The translations under genes and the position numbers were made by a program. Of a stretch of DNA of 64,000 nucleotides, positions 51,931 through 64,000 are shown piece by piece. The notes beneath the pieces are model-generated. The model saw only the letters and a list, made by a program, of their open reading frames with translations. It did not search any database and was not told the DNA's origin. Numbering within the stretch: position 1 is the stretch's first letter; every line of letters begins with the position of its first letter. The DNA is from Hypanus sabinus (taxonomy: Eukaryota): NCBI RefSeq assembly GCF_030144855.1, contig NC_082727.1, forward strand, positions 42,098,001 through 42,162,000. Direction: 5' to 3'.

Positions 51931-52909
51931 ATTATTTCATGGCAATGAAGGCAGAGATTGAGATCAAATTTAGCAGATTTTTTGTTTGTAAACTCGCATT
52001 GATTTTTTTTTTAAAATGGTTTGGAATTAAATCAGTTATTATAACTTGTCCCTAGTGTGTGGGTGAATTTAGAAAGGTTTGGGGGGATGTTCAGACGTTT
52101 CAGTTTTCATTGGTATAAATGGGTGCTTGATGGTGGGAAAAATCTCGACAGGCTCAATGGTTTGTTTCTATACAATATCACTCTACAACTCTATTTGAAA
52201 TTTCAGAGAAAAATGTATTTGACCTGTTGAGGCAATTAACATAACCAACTAGGAATTTCCTGATGTTCATTCAACAATGGAACAGATGAACATTTTGAGA
52301 TGGAAAAGGATAGAAGGATTATGATATAGAATGAAGTTGCCCCTCTTGTTTCAGATGTACTATAGTTTATGTTTCCTGTTGTCTATAGCACTGCTATGCA
52401 TGGCCAATGCTTGTTCAGCTGTTGACAAGGTACTCATCACAGCATGGGGTTTCTACCATGAGCAGTTAAAGAAAAGCAGCTGTATGTTTATTGGGACTCA
52501 AACTGACACTTGGAGAAAAGAAGCACATGGGAGAGAAGCGGCTCCAGGACTTTCCAAGATCCTTAATGTTTTGTTAACTTATTTCATAACATGTCATTCC
52601 ACTTGCAATGCTTTATGAAATAAACACCTGGGACCTTACATTCTTGCATCTTTTTAGTAAAATGCTGTTTAGCCTGTATTACCTTTTCCTGCCCTTTCTG
52701 CAAAAAGATTATACCTTGTTCCTCTGTATTACATTTCATCTGCCACTTGTCTGCCCAGCTTGCCAGTTTACTGTTTGCAATGATTAGCCTCCCTACAGGT
52801 TTCCATGTCTTCAAGATTGGTGCCTTGTTCTAATTTCGAAATTAGATGTTTTTTTTGGACTTACTGCAAAAGACTCTTTACTGTCGTTTATGAGTCAAAA
52901 CAGGTGCAT

Positions 52910-54190
52910 GACAATTGAAATTGCAATCAGTTTATTCTTGTCACATGTACCAGGATACAGTGAAGTACCTGCCTTGCATAATGTTCATACTGATCAAATC
53001 ATTACTCAATGCATTGAAGTTGAACAAAATGAAACAATAACATTGCAGAATAAAGTGAAACAGCTATGGAAAAAGTGCAGTGCAGGGTAAACAATAAGGT
53101 ACAAGATCTTAATGAGGTATATTGTGAGGTTAGGAGTCCATCTTACCATACTAGGGAATCATTAGTAGTCTTATCACATCAGGTTAAAAGCTGCTCTCGA
53201 CTTGGTGGTACAGTTTTCAGTCTTCTCTATCTTCTGCTCAATGGAAGAGGGGTAAAGACAGAAGGTCCAATGTGGGTCTTAAATTAGGTTGGCTGCTTTG
53301 CTGAGGCAGTGTGAAATATAGACAGAGTCCATGGAGGGGAGGTTGGTTTCTACGATGTGCTAAGCTGCGTCCACAGCTCTCTGCAGCCTCTTGTGATAAT
53401 AGGCAGAGGAGTTTCTATAGCAAGCTATTATGCAATCAGGCAGGTTGCCCTCTATGGTACAGTGATAAAAATTCGTAAGGGCTGACATGGACACACCAAA
53501 GTTCTCTAGCCCCCTGAGGAAGCAGAGGTGTTGGTGAGCTGTGGCATCTATGTGGTTGGACCAGTGCCGGCTATTGGTAATGTTGACTCCTGGGAAGTGA
53601 AGCGCTCAACCCCCTCAACCTCAATGCCATTGATGTAGACAAGAGCAAGTGTACTGCTCCTCTTTCTGAGCCAGTGACCAGCTCTTTTGTTTTGCTGACA
53701 TTGAGGAAAGGTTGCTGTCAGAAAATCATGTTACTAAGATCTCTATCTACTTCCTGTACTCTGACTCATCGCTATTTGAGATACAGCCCACTAAGGTGGT
53801 ATCATCTACAAACTCGTAAATGGAGTTAGAGCAGAAACCTGGCCACACAATCATGACTATAGATCAAATGGCTGAGGATACAACCTTGTGGAGCAACAAC
53901 ATTTAGAAAAATTGAAGTGTTATGTTGTTGCCTGTCCTTACTGATTGTTGTCAGTTGGTTAGAAGTCAAGAATCCAGTGGCAGAGGGAGGCATTGACTCT
54001 TAGAATCCAGAGTTTAGTGATGAGTTTGCTTGGAGTTATATTGAAGGTAGCACTGTAATCAATAAACAGTAATATGACTTCAGTCCCTTTACTGTCCAGA
54101 TGCTTCAGAAATGAATGTAGGGTCAGGGAGATATCATCTTCTGTAGAGGTACTTTGGCAGCGGGCAAATTGCAGTGGGTTGAGGTTGATA
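52910..54190 (-). mobile_element. Rex1/Babar LINE (RT to 3' tail)
   Basis: Reverse complements of the RT segments gctccacaaggttgtatcctc, tttgtagatgataccacc and cagcaacctttcctcaatgtcagcaaaac are present, plus the tail. Confidence 0.8.
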
Positions 54191-55861
54191 GAAGCCAGGT
54201 GGGTTTAACAACATGCCTGTAGTTTCATAGTCAGCCATTACTGAGACTAGAATCTTATTAAGGTTATCTTTATATAAAACAACTTCCAATTTCCCATCTG
54301 CTATATCAAGTTTGTTAATCTGGGCCTCTGATGACCATCCATCACAGTAATATAACCACCTTGCTACACATATCAGAATTTAATTTTTGACTCAAAGTTT
54401 ACATGCATTGTCAATGCAATCATGTAAGATTAAACCTCAAAGTAAAAATCTTGGAATCTGAAATAAAATAACAAGGGTTTGAAATACACAGCGCTTGAAA
54501 AGAAAATTAATATTAAGGACTCTTTGGTTTACAACAAGAACAATCAGTTTATGAATGACAGATATCCTAAAAATCCCTGAATGTGAATGAGAATAGAAAT
54601 CTTGTTTCCAAATTGAAGGAACTGGACATTAATGTAGGCTGCAACTTTAGTTTGGTTACTCAATTATAAAGAAGGCAAAACTATTATCAGAGTTTGCCTT
54701 CATGATCAAAAGAACAATTATATTTATCAAGCTCCTTTCCTTTAAATTTTACTTAAGCCATATTTTGTTATACAAGCTTGTATTCAAGTTTCTAATTGAG
54801 ACAAGCTGCCCAAAGTCATTTTGCAAATTTCTCATCTTGAAGCAATTTCAAGATCAGATTTTGTTTTGATTCAAGAGCTTGCAGCATTGCCAATCATAAT
54901 AACATTGTACTTTATATGCAATGATTTATTGGTTAGATGACCACTGCAATATTGAAATGGAGGTTTTGACAACATAACAGATGGTGTAGAGGAATCAAAA
55001 TCCTGCAGTACTGTACTTTAATAATTACATATAATTCCACAGTTTTTAACCACATAGAACTAGTTATTTTCTGTAACCAGATTGTATCTTTTTGTGTGTG
55101 TGGCAGGGTGATATTCAGAGATGATTCATATTTTGTGTAGAATAAATATCAGGAATGATGACAGGAGTCATTTTGCTGAATTCATGTCAGTGCTATTATA
55201 ACACAAGCAAGTGGGTGTTGATGGATTACATGATTGGTAATAGGATGTTGCCTGTTGTTTGCACTGATATGTTTGGCTCTTCACTCTCTTATCTAAACTA
55301 TTAAACAGTTTTGGATGTTTCACATATATAAACACAATAGGGTAATTTTGCAAGTCTGCAATTGTGATAAGAAACTTCAATGCCAAACCGGCGTATAGGA
55401 AGTTTTCAGGGATGACTCCAAACATCAAAATTTGTGGGCCCATTGTGAATTTACAAATGTGCTTCTAGTGGACAAGGTAAAATATAAAAGGTCTGGACTC
55501 ACAAGTCACCATTTTCCGTACTAAAGCAGATCATGGTTGTTTTCACATAAAGTCTTATGTAAGTCATTAACATGAATTATCAGACACATGCCTGGAATTT
55601 CAACTTGGGTCAATAGTATTAGTCACGGTATTTAGCAGTGTCAACACATTATATTTTGCCTCTGAAATTCATTTCATTGAAAGCATTGTAATGAATTTCA
55701 GAAGCAGACTGCAATGCGCTGGTACAACTAAATAGAACATTTACCACTACTAACGTGATGTGTTTCTCGGCAAAACTATGTATTAACATGATCTGATTTT
55801 TGTGTGACTAGTATTAAATAAAGCATGACTTGAATTGTTAATACAACATGGATGTCATTGA

Positions 55862-55975
<114 letters not shown>

Positions 55976-56001
55976 TCTCCAGAAGTAGGAAGAGCCTTTT
56001 C

Positions 56002-56007
56002 AATAAA
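56002..56007 (+). promoter_or_regulatory. Candidate polyadenylation signal
   Basis: AATAAA starts 27 nt after the TAA stop, with T-rich sequence downstream. Confidence 0.55.
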
Positions 56008-56909
56008 ACTCACTCAATACAATTTTGGCAGAGGAAAATTATCTTACTTTGTATAATTTGATTTCAAAGCCATTGGTTTATAAAAAGCTAATACAACAAT
56101 AATTGTCAACCTTGAGTGTCTAAACCGTGCTCTCCAGTCTAGCAGCAGGATATGACAGACATAAATTGTAAATGAAACTACTTTGTAGAGAGCTACTCAG
56201 CCACCAAGTAATGGAGACTTAGGATCATAGTAAACAAAGAGGGTGATTGATTTTTATTTGTTGATTTGCTTATCAAAGAAAACTCTGGATCTCAGATGTA
56301 AAGAATAATGACCCAGCATCCATGGCCTTTTGGAAGGGTGAATTCCACATTTCCTTTGGCCAACTTTCTTAAAAACATGATTTATTGCATTCACTATGTT
56401 GCTTTTTTTTGATTTTTTTTCTCTGTGATTACATATCAGATACCATAACAGTTTTGGAAATTACATAATGTGCCGTTATATGTAGAATTCTGCGAATCCT
56501 TAATAAGCTTCTCATAACTCGGTTTAAACTATTTTTCTTGATACTATAATGTAAGAAATTATAAAACTAACAGCTTGCAGTAAAGCTCCAATCAATTTTA
56601 AATACATGGTCACAGTTTCTATAAATTTTACTGGAATAGATACATCAAGCATCTCTGTCGGGCATTGTAGCCAAAATAACAAGCATGTACAATTTTGTTA
56701 AGGTAAGAATCTGAAAAACTGATGCAAAAAATAATATATCTGCAACTTACCCTTTTTCTGTATTGTTATATTTCCTTGTGATTTTTTATTAAATATAATT
56801 ATATTGATGCACTTACATTGATATACAAGTTATTTGCTTTATAGATTGAACAGATTTCAGTGCTTCAAATTCATCAAAACAGCAGAACTTTCTTAACTTA
56901 GTACCATTT

Positions 56910-57240
56910 GGGCTAGTGCAGTGACACAGCAATTATTGCTGCTGATATACATCTCCAGTAACTAGATTGGATTCTGACCCCGGGTTATGTCTTTGTACTG
57001 TTCGCATTTTCTCAGTGTAACCATGTAGGCTATGCCAGGTGCTCCAACTTCCTCCCAAATCTCACACACATGCTTCTGTAAATTGTCTGTGATATTGAAT
57101 GTGGACAGGGACTCGGGCAGGAGTTGATGGACCTGTGAGAGGGAATAGGTTACAGATAAGTAAGCAGAGGAATGGGGTTGATCTGAATATCCCAAGAGCC
57201 AGCATAAACTCGATGGACTGAATAACCTCCTTCTCTCTTG
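56910..57240 (+). mobile_element. Degenerate tRNA-derived SINE with a CR1-like tail
   Basis: V-SINE-like core ccaggtgctccaacttcctcccaaatc and a CR1-like end cataaactcgatggactgaataacctcct. Confidence 0.6.
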
Positions 57241-57414
57241 GAAGAGGGTATGAAAAGTTTTGAGTTTTAAAATTATCTACATTTGTAAGAGCAAGTAATA
57301 ATATTGAGATGTACAGTATATTTTTGCAGTATTTGTTACCTAAAAACTAATTATTTGGCTGCATTGAAAATTATTTCATAGCAGTTAAAAATGATTAAAA
57401 GTTCTAAGTGTAAT

Positions 57415-57925
57415 GTAATCAAAGTCAAAGTCAAGTTTGTTGTCATATGCACAAGTGCAAGAAAAATGTTTAGTAACTGCTTTGCAGGCACATAGCATCA
57501 TATACTGTAATTGGAATTGTTTTATCATTGTTAAATGTACCAAAAGCTTGTTTTGCATACCAGAAATAAAGATCAATTAATTACATGGTGCACTGAGGTA
57601 ATATTAGATAAAACAGGATGCCAAACGAAGTGGAACATCTACAGAGAAACTACAGTGCAGGTAGACCATAAAGGCAAAATCATAACAAGGTAGACTGTGA
57701 GTTTAAGAGTCCATCTTATTGTACTAGGAAACCACTTAACAGTCTTATTACAGCAGGATAGATATTGTCCTTGAGCCTGTGGTATGTGCTTTCAGACTTT
57801 TGTATCTCCTACCCTACCGAAGAGGGAAGAAGAGAGAATCCCTGAGTTAGTTGGGATTTTTGATCATGCTGGCTGCTTTACTGAGACAGTGAGAAGTACA
57901 GCAGTGCCCGTGGAGTGGAGGCTGC
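57415..57925 (-). mobile_element. Rex1/Babar LINE 3' fragment
   Basis: (caaagt)n tail, cttgagcctgtggtatgtgctttcagac, and the minus-strand peptide LSKAASMIKNP. Confidence 0.75.
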
Positions 57926-57929
57926 TTTC

Positions 57930-58905
57930 TGTAAACACAATAAATCCTGCAGATGCTGGAAGTCCGGAGCAATCCACACAAAATACCGGAGGAACTCAGC
58001 TTTGTTATGCAGCACCTATGGGAATGAATAAACAATTGACGTTTCAGGCCGAGACTCTTCATCAGGACTGGAAAAGAAGATACCAGAATAAGATGGTGGG
58101 GCGGTGGGGGGGGGGGGGGGGGGGGAGAGTGGAAGGTGTACCACTTAGAAGGTAATAGGTAAAGCCTGGTGTTTGGGGAAGGGAGATGAATTAAGAAGCT
58201 GGGAGGTGATAGGTGGAAAAGGTAAAGGACTGGTGAAGGAAGAATCTGATAGGAGAGGAGAGTAGACCATAGGAGAAAGGGGAAGGATGCAGCCTCCCCT
58301 GCATTGGTGAGAACCAACTTAGATTCGGGAACTGCTTTGTCGAGCACCTCTGCTCCGTCCACAAAAAACAGGCTTTTTCACTTCCAATTCCCATTCCCAT
58401 TCCAATATGTCAGTCCATGGTCTCCTCTTCAGTCACAGTGAGGAGCAACTCCTCATATTCCGTCTAGGTGGCCTCCAACCCGATGGCATGAACATCAATT
58501 TCTCCAGAATTATAGTAATTCTTCCCTGTTCCCTCTTCCCTCTTCTTCAATTCCCCACTCTAGCCTAGTTCCTCTTCTCCTCACCTGTCTATGATCTCGC
58601 CCTGGTGACCCTCCTCCTTCCCTTTCTCCCATGGTCCACTCTCCTCTCCTGTCAGAGTCTTACTTCTCTAGCCCTATACTTCCCAGCTTCTTAACTCGTC
58701 CCTCCTCCCCACACCCCTGGCTTGACCTATCACCTTCTAACTTGCAGTCCTTCTGTTCCCTCCCCCCACCCCTCCCAACTTCTTATGGAAATTCCCCTTT
58801 CCTTTCCAGTCCTAATGGAGGGTCTAGGGCTGAAACATCGACTGTTTATTCATTTCCATAGATGCTGCCTGACCTGCTGAGTTCCTCCAGCATTTTGTGT
58901 GCTAT
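57930..58905. mobile_element. Penelope-like element: inverted pseudo-LTR arm (57930-58295, -) joined to a GIY-YIG endonuclease remnant and direct pseudo-LTR (58295-58905, +)
   Basis: cattggtgagaaccaac...ttcgggaactgctttgtcgagcacctctgctccgtc is degenerate YIGETxRRLGDRFVEHLRSV, and gaggagcaactcctcatattccgtctaggtggcctccaacccgatggcatgaac reads EEQLLIFRLGGLQPDGMN. Both ends carry a hammerhead motif. Confidence 0.85.
58033..58070 (-). ncRNA. Minimal type-I hammerhead ribozyme motif (best-preserved core)
   Basis: The minus strand reads cagtc-CTGATGA-agagtctcggcct-GAAAC-GTC-aattg. Core nucleotides and the ACGU palindrome are intact; stem II is reduced to 2 bp and stem I has one mismatch. Confidence 0.65.
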
Positions 58906-58999
58906 TTTCAGCTCTATTTTTTGTAATGTGATGAGCTGGGTCCAAAATCCTCTGCTCTTTCGTACTGTTATATACAAGTAGTTGCTGTATCATGCTGTG

Positions 59000-59190
59000 A
59001 ATATGTGGTAGAGGCAGAAGCATTTGGGAATTTTAAGAGCCGTTTAGAGAGGAACATGAATGAGAAGAAAATGGAAGTGTGGGGACTTTGTGCAGACAGA
59101 AGAAATGTATTCGGTTAGCCATTTGATTATTCATTTCATTGGTTTGGCACAATGTTGCGGGCCAAAAGGCCTGTTCCTGAGCTGTACTGT
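59000..59190 (+). mobile_element. CR1 3' tail
   Basis: gtggtagaggcagaagcatttgggaattttaagagccgtttag...gggccaaaaggcctgttcctgagctgtactgttctatgttctg. Confidence 0.75.
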
Positions 59191-61139
59191 TCTATGTTCT
59201 GTATTACAGATTGTCTGTATTTCGCTGCATGTTTGTAACTTGCTCCATATAACATTATTTCACTGGCAGTATCAGAAATTGGATACTGTTGGTCTGCATT
59301 TTAACTTTCCAGTCATTTATATAACTTGGGTGTGAGGCTCTTTGCGTTGCATTGATTATTCTAGTGCCTGTCCAATGTTCCCTCATTCCAGCTGTGCCGC
59401 AAGGGTAAAATTAATTTCACTTAGAAAATGGCAGCTACTGAAAAATCATATAAAATAATCTATTGGCAATTCTGTTAATCACTGCTGGATTCAAAAGGCC
59501 TGTCACGTTGCTCTTTTCCCCAAGGCGTACTTAGATTGACTATCAACTGGGCAGGTTCAAATGTGACTTCTCCCATTTAGCAAATTGTAAGATGGAACAA
59601 AGATATCTCCCCATTTCATAAATGAAGTATGAACAATTCACTGGCTTCCATCCTATGGCAGAAACAGCTACAATAGCGTTGAAATTGTCCAAAAATAAGT
59701 CTAATTAAAAGAAAACTATTCATTACTTTAAACTACCAAAGTCTTCACAAATGAATATTTATGGAACTGCTGCACAGCCTATTAGCACTTTAAATCTTTT
59801 TAATAGAAAGTCCCAATGTATAAATTCCACTCAACAGCTAGAAATAAATGGAAGGGTACTTTGAGACATTTTACTAGCATATTAAAGATGGGTTGTGCAA
59901 TTCGATCCAACATTTCTTCTTGAAAAGGAATTCAGCCAACATCCAAATGAGGCTGAAGAAATCACAGCAGCCTCATTCTCCCTTTCTCTTTCCCTCATCC
60001 TCAATGTCTTTCTGTTTTTATTTCTTGTTCCAGTCCTTTTACTCTGCATAGACAATTTTTGTCTCTTGTGGCTTAGGGATAAAATGAGAAGGAAAACACA
60101 GCTGAGCTACATTAACCACTAATCTATTGTAAAAACATGATTATCCTGACTGATAATTAGTTATTTACTAATTCCCATTTTCAGAATCTATACACAGTAT
60201 TATCTCATCTTTGCCTCTTATTTGCTCAATTTCTTTGTGAATGTTACTACAGGATTTCACTGGTGATTTTCATCAAGTAGTCTCCAAGAATCTGTCAAAC
60301 GTTACAGTAAAATTTTTAGTCACTGTTGGCAATTAGTAATTTATTTGGATTAGTGTAGGAGTCCAAATTTGAATTGCACTATAAAACCTCTTTTAGATTC
60401 AGGATGCTAATAAATCTACTGGGCAAAGTGGGTCAGAACTAATTTTTGACACTTCACTCTACAATTCCCATAAATTGTTCAAGTTCTATTTAATATGAGT
60501 GTTCTTTTAATAGTTTCAAAGAAAGAGGATAGTGATGAGAGTCTGTAAGTAGATCATTTAATTAAATGAAAACAGCAACTTGCCCCACCATCCCAGTTGC
60601 TTCTAACGGATTGAACACAATGCAGTCTATCATACATCATGCACATTTTATCTGATGAAGGACGATACTAAAATACTTTCTCACTGTCTACCCAATATCA
60701 GGCTATTACTGTGTATCAAAAAAAATCAATGGCTATAATATTGACCCAGAGGCGTACATCTCTTTGTCTGAAAACCAACATCCTTTACTTCCTCTCTTTC
60801 GGCCAGTTTTGCATTGACACTGCTATTGCTCTTTTATCCTTGCAAGCTTCATTGTTTCCAATCTTCATTATATGGAACTTCTTCAACATTATTTCAAAAG
60901 GGTGAATACAGATTATCTACTATATTGGCTTCATCTTTGTCTTTATTATTGAAGAACTCAAAAACATTTGTTGGATTGCTTTTAACAATTCTGTCTTGCT
61001 TCTCATTTATTGACCCCAGGCCCTACTATAACGATTTTACTTGAAATTATGGCCTCTGGATGTTTTCGTATTTAATACGATTGGCCTGGGGTTGGGGTTT
61101 ATCCATGTTATGTTTTTTTGAATGGGATATAAACATTGC

Positions 61140-61995
61140 CACACTCTCACACCAAAGCCACAGCCAAAAAACACTGCCATTGTCTAGGACCCACCATCAA
61201 GGCTATGCTTTCTTCTCACTGTTGCTATGGAGAAGCAGGTACAGGAACCCTAGTTCCCATACCACTAGGTTCAGGAACAGTGAATACCCTTTGACCATTG
61301 GCTTCCTGAACCAGTGTGAATAACTTCACTTACCTCAATACTGAACTGATTCCACAACCTATGGACTCATTTTCAAGGACCTAACAACACATGTTGTCAG
61401 AATAATTTATTTATTTGATTTTTTTGTATTTGCCCAATTTGTCTTCTTTTGCACATTGGTTGTTTGTCAGTCTTTGTTTGTGTGCAGTTTTTCATATGTT
61501 CTATGGTATTTTCTTGCTTTACTGTGAATGCATGCATCATAGAGTTGTTTAATGTGATGTATACGTATCTTGTGGGTGGGAGTGTGGAGATATGTCTCTA
61601 CTGAAGGAGTTGTAAGGCTCTCCTTCCCTCTGCTAGCCTTTAGGTCACCCCTGGACAAAGTATAACACCTGCTTATTCCCGAGACAGGATCACCTGAAGC
61701 AATGGGATTTAAGTGGTGGATGGTCATATGATTGACTGGCACATATCACAAGTACTGGTCATGTGACCACTGAAACTAGGCAGACAATCTCTGAAGAATT
61801 TTGATAATGGCTGGGGTCACCTGTCTTGTAAAGAGTGCCCAAAAGAATGCAATGGCAAACCACTTCTGTAGAAAATTTCCCAAGAACAATCTTGGTCATG
61901 GAATGACCATTATCAACCATGCCATACAATGTGACACATAAAGGCTGAGTGATGCATACTTTGATAATAAATTTACTTTAAACTTCAAACTTTTA
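61140..61995 (+). mobile_element. Rex 3' fragment interrupted by an RTE-tailed SINE-like insert (~61565-61945)
   Basis: Rex-type ccaccatcaaggctatgc...ggagaagcaggtacagg. The insert ends with aatggcaaaccacttctgtag (RTE-type 3' motif), and the Rex tail resumes at tactttgataataaatttac. Confidence 0.6.
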
Positions 61996-62434
61996 AAAAG
62001 AATACGAAGATTGCGGTCAAAGGTTTATTTCCTTAATTGACGAAAGGACAAGATGATTTAATTCACTTTGTATTCTGATGATGTTTTAACAACCATTCCT
62101 ATAGCAACTGCTATCTTTTGCTGTTCTGTAGAGATTCCGCCATTCTGTACAGCCTTCAGTAACATGATGTCGACAGATTCCTCTTCATTACAGAAGGCTG
62201 ACTGACAAATTCAAGGTAATGTTACAGTGAAGTTAATAACTAATTTTCTAACTCGTCGATTTAGGACATGTTCAAATCATGCGATAGCAAATTTAAATTC
62301 AAGTAAACAAATTAATATGAAATTAATGCTAGATTCAGTGATGGGAACCATCTGTGAGAAAGGTCATCTAGGTTCATTGAGTCCTTCAAGGAAGGAAGAC
62401 AGCCTTCTTTGCTCAGTTTGTTTTAAACCACAAG

Positions 62435-62510
62435 TATACTGCAGACGCTAGAAATCTGGAGTAACACATACAAAATGCTGGAGGAACCCAGCAGGTCAGG
62501 CAGCATTGAG
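62435..62510 (-). mobile_element. Truncated Penelope pseudo-LTR tip without a hammerhead
   Basis: ctgcagacgctagaaatc...aaaatgctggaggaacccagcaggtcaggcagc. Confidence 0.7.
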
Positions 62511-63234
62511 CCATCGTTCTCAGGACAAATTTTCCTTGACAATAACAAAGCTACAGTAACTTTCACCACCATGACCTGCTCGGAGTAATTATATTGATTT
62601 TAATTTTGAAAAGAATTATTGCCCCTTTTCTCCAGCTCTGTTGTATTTGCACAGGGCAATAAAGACCAAGAAACCTTTAAGCTGGATTATACGTTTGTAC
62701 AATTGCATGTATTGATTCCAGGCTTTGACAGTAGGAAGACTCTTTCCCTAAAGTATTGCAAAATCTCTGCTGGAGGTCCACACATATAGCAGCAGGTATA
62801 TTATCACACTGGCTGTGATGGCTGTAAGAGTTAATAGGTTCATCAGCTATTCAATAGAAGGTCCACATTCAACACCTTTCATTATTCGGCTGAGATGCTG
62901 AAATCTCCTCAATATATGTTATATAACATCTCTTGTGCTCAGCCAAGCCAACGGTGAAGGGGTCAGGTTCAGTGAACCTATCTCCCTTCTGGCTGTGTGC
63001 CTCATCAAGCAGCAGTCCATTATAGTGCACACAATACTTTTGGAGTGAATCTAATCAGAGAGCACTGAGCAATAACATTTCATTGCTGTCATCTGAACAG
63101 CACCTCTGAAAGTGTGTTTTAATTGCTCAGGATTGCTACAATGAGAAAGATAATGTAACTTTTGGGACTGGAATATTTAGTACTATTTAGAAGACCTTTA
63201 TAATTAAGCTCTATCAAGAAAATGTGCTTATAGC

Positions 63235-63495
63235 ATTTATTTATTTACTTATTTAGAGATCCAACATGGTAATGGGCCCTTCCTGCTCAATGAGCCAGCT
63301 CTTCCCAATTGCACCCCTGTGACCAATTAACCTATTAACCTACTAATCCATACTTCTTTGGGATGTGAATGGAAACCAGAGCACTCAGAGTAAACCCATA
63401 CGATCAATGGGAGAACATACAAGCTCTTTACAGACAGAAATGGAGCTGAACCTTGGTCTTTAGCGCTGTAGTAGCGTTAAGCTAACCGCTTCTCA
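63235..63495 (-). mobile_element. tRNA-derived SINE with a CR1-like tail
   Basis: Same family as 35705-35990 (atttatttatttacttatttagagat...gaccaattaacctatt...aaaccagagcactcagag). Confidence 0.65.
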
Positions 63496-63504
63496 AGGTA
63501 AAGT

Positions 63505-63612
63505 TATACCAACACACACAAATTATTGGCAGAACTCAGCAAGTCAGATAGCGTAAAGAGAGGGAAATAAACAGCCAATATTTTGGGTCGCAACCCTTCA
63601 TCAGGACTGGAA
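63505..63612 (-). mobile_element. Penelope pseudo-LTR with a degenerate hammerhead motif
   Basis: The minus strand of 63572-63609 reads cagtc-CTGATGA-agggttgcgaccc-AAAAT-ATT-ggctg. Confidence 0.75.
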
Positions 63613-64000
63613 ATATCAATGTGGTTTCCAATTATAAAGCAACTGGATATATTAAAACTTTAAGCAGAAACATCATTGGGAGCTGGAATGGTTGAGAAAT
63701 ATTTAAAACTGCTGCAGGTAACATTTTGAGGCAATGTGGATGTAGATGCAAATGAATTTTTCTCCATCACGGGGGAATATTATGAAGAATGGGTATTAAA
63801 AGTCCTCAGTAGCAGCTCTCTATCTTCTATTACATTAGTTTAAAGAAAGAGAGATCGGGATTGTTTGGCATTTGATTCCCCTATGTCCAGTCTAAATGAC
63901 CGTTTTTCACATTAAGAGGATTATGGTGAATTTATTTTTACTTACCTTCTGGGATCTGAGCATGTGGTCATTGAACCAATGGCTAGCCTGGATTGCCCAT

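Noticed and set aside
58105-58125. Poly-G tract as a functional G-quadruplex
   Set aside because: It is a homopolymer expansion within the purine-rich strand of a Penelope 3' region and is prone to sequencing error.

Overview
Eukaryotic, repeat-rich genomic DNA, most likely from a cartilaginous fish (ray or shark). This assignment is inferred from the repeat content: CR1-type LINEs, tRNA-headed SINEs with CR1 tails, Rex1/Babar LINEs and Penelope pseudo-LTRs. The only host coding sequence I can support is the 87-nt terminal exon (55889-55975, +) of an X-family polymerase of the TdT/Pol mu group, more similar to DNTT, followed closely by AATAAA. I found no upstream exon of this gene, so the first ~55.9 kb is probably one very long intron filled with transposons. 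These include a decayed Ty3/Gypsy chromovirus (~29.5-33.8 kb), two solo LTRs with target-site duplications (TSDs), a young internally deleted hAT (Charlie/Buster-type) element with an open 394-aa ORF, and many LINE/SINE fragments. The most interesting signal is about 11 copies of a minimal type-I hammerhead ribozyme motif (cagtc-CTGATGA-stemII-GAAAC-GTC-gactg) in Penelope pseudo-LTRs, including an inverted pair. All copies are eroded, mostly at CpG sites. Repeat boundaries are approximate and set by eye unless a TSD or terminal repeat is quoted. Family names come from motif recognition, not database searches.
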